A DNA stretch of 64,000 bases from NCBI GenBank assembly GCA_026986575.1, contig JALSOH010000004.1, positions 608,001 to 672,000 on the forward strand. Reading direction: 5' to 3'. Shown piece by piece: positions 39,632 to 49,025 of this stretch (position 1 is its first letter; each line of letters starts with the position of its first letter). A program made the position numbers and the translations under genes. This stretch comes from Thermoproteota archaeon (GTDB lineage Archaea > Korarchaeota > Korarchaeia > Korarchaeales > Korarchaeaceae). Below the pieces are notes generated by a model. It was not told the origin of the DNA, made no database searches, and worked only from the letters and a program-made list of their open reading frames with translations.

Positions 39632-40678
39632 ATGAGAAAGTCAGTAGTGGCATTGGCTGTCATATCGTTGGTAGATGCTGTTACTCTGTGGATTTCTCAG
39701 GTACTAGGTCCATTCCCATCAGTCGTTCCGTTAGGAAACCCGACAGCTTACAGAAACCTATATGTGCATGTCCCCATCTCAGTATCTACGTATTTCCTAT
39801 TCACATTAGGCTTCCTTCTAGCGCTTGCGTACCTTCTAAAAGGAAGAAGCTGGATGGAAGAGACGGCCCACTCATTCATTGTAGCAGGTCTCGTGATGGG
39901 ATTCTCCACTCTAGTAACTGGGATGGTATGGGCATCAGAGTCGTGGGGCTCCCCTTGGAATTGGGATCCGAGAGAGACAGGAGTTCTCTTCATGTTCCTT
40001 GCCTTCCTCGTCTATCTAGCTGTCAGATCGAGCATAAAGGATCCTGACATAAAGCCTAGGATCTCAATGGCATTTGCCGTAGCTGCCTACGCAACGATCC
40101 CTTTAAGCTTCTTAGTTCCCTATCTAATGCCCAGTCTCCACCCTATCATGCCAGAGACTAGCATGTTCATAAAAGGGGGGCTTACTCCCCTGATCTTTGG
40201 AGGCAGGATTATCCTAGTCCTATTGGAAGGCGTACTTCTAGCTCTTCTCATGAGATCTGGAGGCGTGAGGAGTGCGAAATTGGCAGTAATTCCCGTCGTT
40301 CTGTTGGCAGTGCTGCTTGTAGCAATGCAACTACCCCCTAACTTGGCGGGAAGTGCAAGTGGGGCATTTAAGGTCCAAGTGATCTCGGGTAATATGGAGA
40401 ACGGAACCCTGTACCTGAGGGTAAGGTCCTCCCAAGGATCTTACAACCTCATCTATAGAGGGAAGCCACCGATAAACCCACTTTTCGTCGTGTTTAGAGG
40501 TGAGAGGAAGCTGACCTTGGAGAAGCACTGGCTGCTGGTGGAGGGCAGGGTTGAGGACAGTACGATAGTGGCCAGCAAGCTGAAACTCATACCTTACTGG
40601 GGGAATTCTGTGAACTCCTTGATATACGGGCTAACCCTTTTCACCCTAGCCTACTTGGCAGGGAGGGAGAGGCGATGA
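39632..40678 (+). CDS. ccmC: Cytochrome c biogenesis protein CcmC with C-terminal extension
   Basis: YVHVP, WWD motif WGSPWNWDPRET, SLHP. Confidence 0.92.
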   Translation: MRKSVVALAVISLVDAVTLWISQVLGPFPSVVPLGNPTAYRNLYVHVPISVSTYFLFTLGFLLALAYLLKGRSWMEETAHSFIVAGLVMGFSTLVTGMVWASESWGSPWNWDPRETGVLFMFLAFLVYLAVRSSIKDPDIKPRISMAFAVAAYATIPLSFLVPYLMPSLHPIMPETSMFIKGGLTPLIFGGRIILVLLEGVLLALLMRSGGVRSAKLAVIPVVLLAVLLVAMQLPPNLAGSASGAFKVQVISGNMENGTLYLRVRSSQGSYNLIYRGKPPINPLFVVFRGERKLTLEKHWLLVEGRVEDSTIVASKLKLIPYWGNSVNSLIYGLTLFTLAYLAGRERR

Positions 40679-41088
40679 AAGGAGTGATATTAGCAGCATC
40701 AATCGCTTTGGTGGTCCTCTTAGTGGGGTATTTGGCCATAACCTCAAGCTCTTATGAGCAGGTATCCCAGCTCTCCAAATACACGAAACCTACGGTGGTC
40801 ACGGTTAGGGCCCTAGTGGCCGACATAGAGACCCTACCCGAGAAGGACTTGATACTCTTCGTGTTGAAGGACGAGAACGGGAGCAAGATATACGCCTTCT
40901 ACGGTCTTACCAGATTTATCAGTCAGTACGGCGCTCCACCATCTCACTCAACGGTGGAGCAGGAGGTCATCATGAGGGGAACGTTCTACCCCAAGAAGAT
41001 GGGGGATGTACTGGGGAGGATGGAGATAAAGGAGATTTTACAGGGATGTCATAAGGCCTATGAGGCTCCACCAGCCACGGGTGGTTAA
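40675..41088 (+). CDS. ccmE: Heme chaperone CcmE, CxxxY (System I*) variant
   Basis: N-terminal TM, OB-like domain, ILQGCHKAY. Confidence 0.8.
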   Translation: MKGVILAASIALVVLLVGYLAITSSSYEQVSQLSKYTKPTVVTVRALVADIETLPEKDLILFVLKDENGSKIYAFYGLTRFISQYGAPPSHSTVEQEVIMRGTFYPKKMGDVLGRMEIKEILQGCHKAYEAPPATGG

Positions 41089-41718
41089 GTGCTATTGGAG
41101 TTCAGGGATGTGTGGAAGAGCTTTGGGAGCGGGTACGTAATAAGGGAGATAACGCTCACTCTCGGAGAAGGAGAGATGATAGCCATAGTGGGCCCCAACG
41201 GTTCCGGCAAAACCACCATTCTGAGGCTCGCCTCGGGCCTCATAGCCCCTTCGAGAGGAGAGGTCCTGGTGAGAGGAAAGGATGCTAGAAGTCCAGCTGC
41301 TAAGGCCCTCCTCGGTTACGTTCCACACTCCCCACCACTCTATGGAGACTTGACCGTTTGGGAGAACCTAGTATACTACGCTGGCCTCTATGGGTATGCT
41401 GACCTGTCTAAGGTGGACTCCATCCTGGCGGAGCTTGGCTTGGACGCCTTCTTGAACCGAAGGGTCGCTGAGTTGAGCTACGGGTGGAGGAAGAGGGTAG
41501 ACTTGGTGAGGGCTCTTCTCCACGATCCACCTCTGCTCCTCATTGATGAACCGTTTTCTGGATTGGATGACGCTGGAAGGAGGTGGTTAATTGAGTTCCT
41601 CATTCAATCGGTGTCAGCTGGCAAGACAGTGGTCATTACATCGCCAAGGGCTGATGTAGAACTGGGAGCTACGGTGTACGAGATCCAGGGGGGAAAGCTA
41701 AATGCTGTTACAGGTTAA
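41089..41718 (+). CDS. ccmA: Heme ABC exporter ATPase CcmA
   Basis: GPNGSGKT, LSYGWRKR, LLIDEPFSGLD, plus operon context. Confidence 0.85.
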   Translation: MLLEFRDVWKSFGSGYVIREITLTLGEGEMIAIVGPNGSGKTTILRLASGLIAPSRGEVLVRGKDARSPAAKALLGYVPHSPPLYGDLTVWENLVYYAGLYGYADLSKVDSILAELGLDAFLNRRVAELSYGWRKRVDLVRALLHDPPLLLIDEPFSGLDDAGRRWLIEFLIQSVSAGKTVVITSPRADVELGATVYEIQGGKLNAVTG

Positions 41719-42346
41719 GAGAATCCTATGGAAGGATCTGAAGCTTGAGGCTAAGAACCTGCCGGAGCTGGGTGGAGCAGCCATATTTTCTGTAGCATCA
41801 TCCAGTCTACTAGGCTTCTCTATGAGCAGATTACCAGTTGAGGATCCCTTACCCCTAGCTGGAACTGGCCTCATGCTCATTGCGCTTTTCCTCTCGGTTT
41901 TCACGTCAGTCATGACTGTCGTGAGGGAGGAGGATTTGGGCACATTGGATGGGGTCAGAATGTCGCCTGTTGAACCGGTAACCTTCTTCTTGGCTAAGCT
42001 CCTACTAACCTTCTTCCTACTGGAGACCCTGATCACGCTGTCCTTCTTGACTACCTTGGGCTTGTCAGGCTGGACGGAGGGAGCGGTTTACCTCTATTCC
42101 CTCGTGGCCTCCTCAGGAGTTTATCTGGCGTCAATATCTGCTCTCTCCTCAGCTATTTCAGTCTACTTGAGAGCAAGAGGAGTTCTCCTACCGACGATTA
42201 TCCTCGTGCTGAGTCTCCCAATAATCCAAGAGACCCTCTCATTCCTGACCTCTGGGGATTACTCCCGTACCGTTATCTTGGCAGTTTCGGGTCTCCTATT
42301 CTCCCTGATCGCCTCTTGGTTGGCTGGTTACATTCTGGAGGTGTGA
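41702..42346 (+). CDS. ccmB: Heme exporter permease CcmB
   Basis: WKDLKLE, REEDLGTLDG, LLPTIILVLSLP. Confidence 0.88.
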   Translation: MLLQVKRILWKDLKLEAKNLPELGGAAIFSVASSSLLGFSMSRLPVEDPLPLAGTGLMLIALFLSVFTSVMTVVREEDLGTLDGVRMSPVEPVTFFLAKLLLTFFLLETLITLSFLTTLGLSGWTEGAVYLYSLVASSGVYLASISALSSAISVYLRARGVLLPTIILVLSLPIIQETLSFLTSGDYSRTVILAVSGLLFSLIASWLAGYILEV

Positions 42347-42349
42347 ACT

Positions 42350-43417
42350 ATGAGGGTAAGCTATCAGAGCATCTTGGCCATCGTAATCGTGTTGACATCC
42401 GTAGGCCTCGGCCTCTTAGTCTCGTTCGGCGGCAAGAGTGCAGCCGTACGGGTCTCCGCAGGAGGGATAGATAGGCGGCTTAAGGAAGGAGTAGTAGCTG
42501 TCATGTTCTGGAGCGAGACCTGCTCATCCTGTGAGTTGATGAAGCCCTACTGGATGGTGGTGGAGAAGTCTCCACCTGAAGGAATCCGGGTAGTGGATGT
42601 GCCTCTCGTTCCCGGAGAGACTGACCGGCTCTTCATGGAGTACGGGATCACGGAGACCCCTACCTTCCTAGTCCTCAGGGACGGTGCGGTGGTGGCTAAG
42701 ATCGTGGGCCCGGTCCAGTCCGAGGACCCGGCCCTTTATTTCAGGGAGTGGATCGAATCGGCCGCTAAAATGACGGGTACCTCTAACGAGCAGGTCTCTG
42801 GATGGGGACCGGCCACCCTAGCCCTGCTTCCCATTTTGGGCGCACTAGTCGCTTTATCTCCATGCTCAGCGCCCATAGTCGCTGCTTACGCAACTATGGG
42901 AAGGGTAAGAGGAAAGGGAGATTACGCGGTCTGTTTAGGCTCCTCATTTGTCGGTACCATGGTCCTCGGTTCAATGATGGTCCTCGCAGCTTCCTTCGTG
43001 GCGGGCCTCATCAAAGGGTTGACCTTCGCCCTAGCTGTGGCTGTCATACTGTTTGGTTCGCTCACGATCTTTACTGCCTCTGAATCATGCCCCTTACCGG
43101 GCCAGAGGGTGAGAGGGTTACTATCATCCGGTCTTCCAGCAGCATGCTTTAGTTTCGGCTTGGTATCTTTCCAGTGCAGCCTACCGTTGCTCGCTGGCTA
43201 CATAGCACTCATAAGCGCAACCAGAGATGTGCTCGCAGGGGTTACGGGTGTAGCTCTACTCGCGCTGGGCATGGCAACAGCACTAGTCATCTCCCTTTAC
43301 CTAGCGAGGAGGGCGACAAGCGTATTCTCCAAAGTCATGAAGAATCCTGCTTGGCTAGAGAGAGTAAGTGGGGGCGTACTTGTGGCCTTGGGCATATATC
43401 TCTTACTTATGGGGTGA
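42350..43417 (+). CDS. Thioredoxin (CcmG-like) fused to CcdA/DsbD-beta thiol-redox transporter
   Basis: WSETCSSC and YGITETPT, followed by a TM domain with LSPCSAP and FQCSLP. Confidence 0.85.
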   Translation: MRVSYQSILAIVIVLTSVGLGLLVSFGGKSAAVRVSAGGIDRRLKEGVVAVMFWSETCSSCELMKPYWMVVEKSPPEGIRVVDVPLVPGETDRLFMEYGITETPTFLVLRDGAVVAKIVGPVQSEDPALYFREWIESAAKMTGTSNEQVSGWGPATLALLPILGALVALSPCSAPIVAAYATMGRVRGKGDYAVCLGSSFVGTMVLGSMMVLAASFVAGLIKGLTFALAVAVILFGSLTIFTASESCPLPGQRVRGLLSSGLPAACFSFGLVSFQCSLPLLAGYIALISATRDVLAGVTGVALLALGMATALVISLYLARRATSVFSKVMKNPAWLERVSGGVLVALGIYLLLMG

Positions 43418-43421
43418 ACTT

Positions 43422-46400
43422 ATGCACTACACAGGATTTATAGCCTTTTTGGGCGGTGTGATCCTCCTTGCCGATATTGCATACTCCTCTATCAAGGAGA
43501 AGGTAACCAAGCTTGGAATCGTATCATATTTAGTCCTCCTCGTCAATTGGTTCCTTTACGTAAGGGCCTTCGTGACTCAGGATTACACCCTCAAGCCCGT
43601 CTACGAAACATCCTCTATGGGACTTCCCCTCATATTCAAGATAGCCTCAAGTTGGTCCAGCGGTGGTGGTAGCCTTTTCCTCCTAACCACAGTCTTAACT
43701 TTCGTCGCCCTTATTCACAGAAGATATCATAAGGACCTTATACTGTCTACAGGTTATGGTGCACTGATACTCACATCGCTAGCATTGGCCTTCCTTAATG
43801 GAGCTTTCGAATCCTTCCCTATTAAGGTGGCCACTGGAATGGGGCTCAACCCTTTACTTAAGAGCCCTTGGATATACCCTCACCCCCTCTCCACTTTCAC
43901 AGCCTATGCATTAATCGCGGCCTCGGCGGCTTCGCTTTATAGCGGGCATGAAAAAGCTAGTGAGCTCTTGGCTAGGGCCGGTTGGCTCCTGTTGACCTTA
44001 GGAATAGCAATAGGTGGATATTGGAGCTATGTGACCTTCGGGTGGGGCGGCTACTGGGCTTGGGATCCAGTAGAAACGGCTGAACTTACTCCATGGCTTG
44101 CTCTAACGGCCTCTTTCCACGTGAAATCCCTTGACAGGAAGCTCTCATACGCTACTCAGATGACTGCCGCGGGAAGCGTCTATCTAGCCATATTAGTCAC
44201 GAGAGTTGGTATATCTCCCCTCCACAGCTTCGCCTCTCCTCAATCCCTAACGAGTGCGCTGACACTAATGCTGACCTTCCTCTTCATAGCTGAGGGAGTA
44301 AGGGGAGGATACAGGAGGTTGGGATCCGAGATAGGCAAGGTGATCAATAGCCCTTACAAGACGGGACTCACCTTATCTTACTTCTCCCTATTCATGATGT
44401 TCTTGGTGCTCTTTTCGGTACTCGCGGTGGGATCCATAGGCAGTACTTTGGGAATGAGTATCGATGTCCCTCAGATGGACTCAGGAATAGATTTCTTCCA
44501 CCCCATTCTCTTTCCATTCGCCCTCCTACTCATGGTATCCCTCCCGATGTGCACCTTGGGGGCGAGATTGGGATGGAGGGAGATACTGGGGTTAATAGAG
44601 GGCCTCTCAATAGTATCTGCCATCCTGCTCTATTTGACCTTCAGGAGGGACATCATCTGGTCACCATCGAGCTCGCTCACTACGAACTTAATTATATCGA
44701 TACTGCTCCCCTTCACAGTAGCTGGCCTCTTCTCTGGACTGGCGGCTCTCTACATCTACGCTAGGGACAGATTAAGTACTATGTCCTCCGTATCGCTGCT
44801 ACACGCTGCCATGGCCCTAACGATGCTCGGCATACTTATGAGCGGGCCCTTCGCTTATAACAGGTCCTACTTTAAGGATGTGATCCTTCCCTACGGTCAT
44901 AGGCTGGATATAGACGGATTGGGGGTGGAACTTAAGGGATACGAGTACAGCCTCTACGGCGGCAAGGTGGACGTCTACACCCCATATGTCGGGAAGTCGG
45001 ACATATACAAGAGAGCAAGCCTCATCATGCTCTCCTTAGCGATTAACTTCGGTGATGCCCTACGGGAGATGAAGGCGGGAGAGAAGCGGCTGGAAGAAGC
45101 GGGCATCTTGGGAATCTACAGAAGCCTTAAGGGGGGTGTTAAGATGGCTGGAAGCTACAGAGCCAATGCCAGTGCTGTCCTAACGGAAGTGACTAATGCA
45201 TCCAAGGAATCAAAGGACCTCGGTGAGGTATCTGTTTCCGTCTCAGATCCCATGATAGCGGCCTTCTTAGGTGCTAGCGGTAATGAGACCACCCTTAGGA
45301 TTATGGTTGTGGGAAACGTAACCCTTAGAGGGGACTTGGCTGAGATGAGAGCCTCTCCCACTGTTATGGTGAATCTCACGTTCCAGAGACCACTCCTCCT
45401 GACCGTCCCTAACGGAACTGTGGAGATAGGGAGGGCATCATTGGTATTCTTTGACATGCTGAAGCAAGGTCACTCTCTACCCCGGAACCTCAATGGTATA
45501 ATAGTAGCTCCAAACTCAACTCTCGTAATAGAGAAGGGCGTGTATCGCGGGGAGAGAGATGTAGATGTACCGGCAACTATGAGGGGAAGGGATGTGGTCC
45601 TGTATGTGGCGTTCACCCAAGGAACCATCTCATCTGACATTCTGAAAATACTAGAAGATCACGGTCTGTCCAGACTGCTCACCAACGGGACATTCACCTC
45701 TAAGCTGCTGAGTGACCTGCTTCCGGGGAACTGCAAGGAACTCATCCACGAGCGTCAAGAGGAGGCTATCAACTGCCTAGGATACCTTCCAATACCAAAG
45801 GAGCTGCCAGAGGGTGCAAAGCTCTCCCTCACGCTTGAGGCTGGAGGATCGAAGGAGCTGTTGGAGATAAGGTTCGACGCCAACGGCGAGGCTCAGGGCA
45901 TCCACGGTCTTGTCGCTCACGTGCTGACCCTACCTAGCGGTCTGGGCGACCTGTACATGGTGTTCCATCCTCCCGTCGTCAAGGACAAGAAATGGAGCAT
46001 AGGCTTCCACGAGCTAATGGTTTACTACCTTCACGAATCGTTCAGGGGGCTTAACGAGGAGCAGAAGCTTGCCTTAGCTTCTCTCTTCGCCTCCTCCTAC
46101 TTGGGTCAGTCCGTCCAGGAGGAGATGATGATCCCCTACACGTTGGACCTCTACGACTTGGCCCAAAGCTTCGACCCCTCTAACTCGACCCTCATGACCT
46201 CAGGCGCGTTCCTCCAAGTGAAGGTGATACCGTACGTCCAGTTGCTGTGGTGGGGGATAATCCTAATGGTCCTTTCAGAGCTCTACCTGATTATAGAGGG
46301 GCTGAGGAGATCCAAAACGACCTCAGCTCCCAAGGAACAGCAGACCGACTTGGGCCGGGAGCCAGAGGGAGATGGGAATGGTGAGCCCGGGGAGGGATCT

Positions 46401-46433
46401 CCCAGCCCTGTAAAGGGTCCAGAGAGTCAGTAA
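43422..46433 (+). CDS. ccmF: Cytochrome c synthetase CcmF with large extracytoplasmic insertion
   Basis: GLNPLL, YPHP, WSYVTFGWGGYWAWDPVE, SPLHSFA, LLHAA, C-terminal PYVQLLWWG. Confidence 0.92.
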   Translation: MHYTGFIAFLGGVILLADIAYSSIKEKVTKLGIVSYLVLLVNWFLYVRAFVTQDYTLKPVYETSSMGLPLIFKIASSWSSGGGSLFLLTTVLTFVALIHRRYHKDLILSTGYGALILTSLALAFLNGAFESFPIKVATGMGLNPLLKSPWIYPHPLSTFTAYALIAASAASLYSGHEKASELLARAGWLLLTLGIAIGGYWSYVTFGWGGYWAWDPVETAELTPWLALTASFHVKSLDRKLSYATQMTAAGSVYLAILVTRVGISPLHSFASPQSLTSALTLMLTFLFIAEGVRGGYRRLGSEIGKVINSPYKTGLTLSYFSLFMMFLVLFSVLAVGSIGSTLGMSIDVPQMDSGIDFFHPILFPFALLLMVSLPMCTLGARLGWREILGLIEGLSIVSAILLYLTFRRDIIWSPSSSLTTNLIISILLPFTVAGLFSGLAALYIYARDRLSTMSSVSLLHAAMALTMLGILMSGPFAYNRSYFKDVILPYGHRLDIDGLGVELKGYEYSLYGGKVDVYTPYVGKSDIYKRASLIMLSLAINFGDALREMKAGEKRLEEAGILGIYRSLKGGVKMAGSYRANASAVLTEVTNASKESKDLGEVSVSVSDPMIAAFLGASGNETTLRIMVVGNVTLRGDLAEMRASPTVMVNLTFQRPLLLTVPNGTVEIGRASLVFFDMLKQGHSLPRNLNGIIVAPNSTLVIEKGVYRGERDVDVPATMRGRDVVLYVAFTQGTISSDILKILEDHGLSRLLTNGTFTSKLLSDLLPGNCKELIHERQEEAINCLGYLPIPKELPEGAKLSLTLEAGGSKELLEIRFDANGEAQGIHGLVAHVLTLPSGLGDLYMVFHPPVVKDKKWSIGFHELMVYYLHESFRGLNEEQKLALASLFASSYLGQSVQEEMMIPYTLDLYDLAQSFDPSNSTLMTSGAFLQVKVIPYVQLLWWGIILMVLSELYLIIEGLRRSKTTSAPKEQQTDLGREPEGDGNGEPGEGSPSPVKGPESQ

Positions 46434-47090
46434 GATACCCGCATTAAGGGCTGTCAGGGGTAAGATAGATAGGTATATGGGAAGAGACCTGAATGAGACC
46501 GCTGCAGCCATGGAATAGCAGAACACATCCCCCACCCCCATAGAGACATCTCCGTGGAACACCATTAGGGGATCTAAGGGGTCCTCTTGGGAGACCATCA
46601 GAAGCTCGCTCAACGGTCCCCTGAAGACCGAATAAGCATCGTATAGGGCGAGACCTCCGAGAAGGAAGTATATGAAGAGGTCGTTAAAGAAGACCACGAA
46701 GAGATATGCAAGTGAAGCTGATAGGAGCGACTTAGCCAAATTACCTATTAGGTCTCTTCTAAAGCTCAGCCAGGCGATTAAGACGGATAGGAGCAGCTCT
46801 AGGGGCCAGGGAAATGATATGAAGGCGCTTATAAGAGTACCCAGAGAGATAAGCGTCGAATAAACGAAGAAGACACCGGTCATGATCCGTATCAGCCGAA
46901 CCATCTTTCTCCTGACTAGGTAAACCATCAGGACGGCCATACCGAATACCAGCACTATGTAGGCTAGGGAGAGGCCAGCAGACTCTTGAACAGATAGTTC
47001 GACTTCTGGCTGGGGTCTAGTGCTTAACACCACTAGTCCAGCAAATATCTCGGCCAGAAGAGGCCAGAGAATAACAGAATATCTCTTCAC
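46323..47090 (-). CDS. Presenilin/SPP-like intramembrane aspartyl protease (PSH)
   Basis: LALYDAYSV, MGVGD, LPGL. Confidence 0.88.
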   Translation of the reverse strand: MKRYSVILWPLLAEIFAGLVVLSTRPQPEVELSVQESAGLSLAYIVLVFGMAVLMVYLVRRKMVRLIRIMTGVFFVYSTLISLGTLISAFISFPWPLELLLSVLIAWLSFRRDLIGNLAKSLLSASLAYLFVVFFNDLFIYFLLGGLALYDAYSVFRGPLSELLMVSQEDPLDPLMVFHGDVSMGVGDVFCYSMAAAVSFRSLPIYLSILPLTALNAGILLTLWTLYRAGRSLPGLTIPISLWLPAQVGLLFLGS

Positions 47091-47197
47091 CGCTAACCTC
47101 CTACCTCCCGATTACCTGTCCACTTGATGACCACAACTGGCCAAGAGGTTTAAATTTCTTTACAAGTGAGTAGGAGCTGACAGGGTGCTTAAAAATA

Positions 47198-48208
47198 TTG
47201 AAGGAGGAGGTAGTGGCTGCCGAAAACCTCAGAAAAAGCTATGAAACCTACCTTAGGAGGGGGCTATTTAATAGGGAGAAGAAGGTCGTGGAGGCTCTGA
47301 AGGGAGTTTCCTTCCGCATATACCGAGGCGAGGTATTCGGGCTGCTCGGACCCAATGGAGCTGGGAAGACGACTACTGTGAAGATACTCAGTACCCTCCT
47401 CCTGCCTGATTCGGGAAAGGCCACGGTCTTGGGATACGATGTCGTCAAGGAAGCCGTTGAGGTGAGGAGGAGGATAGGTGTCTCTCTAACAGTAGAAAAG
47501 GGGTTCTTCTGGAAGCTGACAGGAAGGGAGAACCTGATGTACTTCGGAATGCTTTACGGCATGGATGGAGCAGAACTCAAACAGAGGGTTCAGAAGATGC
47601 TGGAGCTAGTTGGACTGGAGGAGCTGGGTTCATCGGATAAGCTCTATGAGGAATACTCTCTCGGTATGAAAGCTAGGCTGAGCATAGCCAGAGCCCTGCT
47701 CACCGATCCCGAGCTGCTGATACTAGACGAGCCCACCCTAGGACTGGATCCCCCGTCGGCAAGGCTGTTGAGAGAGCTCCTGATAAAGGTGGCCCATCAA
47801 GAGGGGAAAACCGTCCTGATAACGACACATAACATGTTTGAAGTAGAGATAGTGTGCGATAGACTGGCCATAATAAACGAAGGAATTATAGTGGCCATGG
47901 ACACGGTAGATGGCTTGAAGGATCTCGTATCCGAGGAGATAACCCTCGAGATGCTGGTGGTGCTGCCAGCTAGGGTCAGCCTCAAACAGCTCAGGGAGGA
48001 GATATCCGAAGTAGTATCTAGCAGGGTGGAGGTCGATCCGACGGAGGAAGGCACTAGGATCAGGGTGGTCATGAGGCCCTTAGAGAAGGAGCAGGCCACT
48101 CAAGAGATGCTCAGAAGGTTACATTCCATGGGATGCTCCGTGAGGAGGATAGAGGTGAAGGAGCCCACCCTAGAGGACGTCTTCATCGAACTCACGGGGG
48201 GGAAGTGA
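47198..48208 (+). CDS. ABC exporter ATP-binding protein (DrrA-like)
   Basis: GPNGAGKTT, YSLGMK, LDEPTLGLD, EPTLEDVF. Confidence 0.93.
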   Translation: MKEEVVAAENLRKSYETYLRRGLFNREKKVVEALKGVSFRIYRGEVFGLLGPNGAGKTTTVKILSTLLLPDSGKATVLGYDVVKEAVEVRRRIGVSLTVEKGFFWKLTGRENLMYFGMLYGMDGAELKQRVQKMLELVGLEELGSSDKLYEEYSLGMKARLSIARALLTDPELLILDEPTLGLDPPSARLLRELLIKVAHQEGKTVLITTHNMFEVEIVCDRLAIINEGIIVAMDTVDGLKDLVSEEITLEMLVVLPARVSLKQLREEISEVVSSRVEVDPTEEGTRIRVVMRPLEKEQATQEMLRRLHSMGCSVRRIEVKEPTLEDVFIELTGGK

Positions 48209-48209
48209 G

Positions 48210-49022
48210 ATGGGCCTGTGGACCCTCCTGAAATCGGGGCTGATTCTGGACATATACTTCTTCAAGAACAACAGGGCTCAGCTGGTCTCGATGTTTGCCT
48301 GGCCTTACATACTCCTGACGCTCATGCTCGGCATGGGTTTCTTATTCGGATCCGCGGAGACCTTCAAGTCCAACGTGGGAGTCGAGGCGGATCCCGTGGT
48401 GTTCTTCGTCGCCTCCACGCTGATAGCAATGGCCTCCTTGTCGGTCATGTGGGAGGTCGGGGGCACGGTCCTCTACCACAGGTGGATAGGGACCCTCCCT
48501 TACATGCTGATCGCCCCCTATAGGACTTCAGTAACGCTGGTGATGTCCTACATACCCAGGTATCTTCTGTGGTCCTTCATGCAGCTCGCTGAATTCGTCC
48601 CCGTGCTCATATGGAGAGAGGGCCTAGTTGGAGGACTGTCCGACACGCTGGTGATGGGTTTGGCCATCGTCGTAGGGATGTTGCCCCTTCTGGGGTTCGC
48701 AGCGATATTCGGTTCCTTTCTTCTTACGATAAAGGAGGAGACTAACGTGCTCAGCTGGCTCAACCCCATAATTCTGATACTGTCGGGAGCCTTCTACCCT
48801 GCCTATCTCTTCCCGATCTGGGCCAGGTTCCTCTCCATTCTCCTGCCGACCACCTATACGTTCGAACTCGCCCGTCTCTCATCACTACTTGGGGCGCCGA
48901 AACTCGCTGAAATGACATTCCTGATAGCCGTGTTGCTGGGAATGTCCTTCCTTTACAACGCTCTGTCATTCACCCTCATGGGTAAGGCTGAGAGGAGGGC
49001 CCTGAAGAGCGGGGCGGTGTGA
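48210..49022 (+). CDS. ABC-2 type permease
   Basis: About 6 TM helices, ILSGAFYP, LPTTY. Confidence 0.85.
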   Translation: MGLWTLLKSGLILDIYFFKNNRAQLVSMFAWPYILLTLMLGMGFLFGSAETFKSNVGVEADPVVFFVASTLIAMASLSVMWEVGGTVLYHRWIGTLPYMLIAPYRTSVTLVMSYIPRYLLWSFMQLAEFVPVLIWREGLVGGLSDTLVMGLAIVVGMLPLLGFAAIFGSFLLTIKEETNVLSWLNPIILILSGAFYPAYLFPIWARFLSILLPTTYTFELARLSSLLGAPKLAEMTFLIAVLLGMSFLYNALSFTLMGKAERRALKSGAV

Positions 49023-49025
49023 TCC

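Noticed and set aside
46323-46433. 111-bp convergent overlap of ccmF and presenilin-like gene
   Set aside because: The CcmF tail is low-complexity run-on. This is common in compact archaeal genomes.
47115-47184. TTGATGA...CTGA with CCTG/CAGG flanks, resembling a C/D sRNA
   Set aside because: No convincing D'/C' boxes or rRNA-complementary guide, and the interior is the TATA region of divergent genes.
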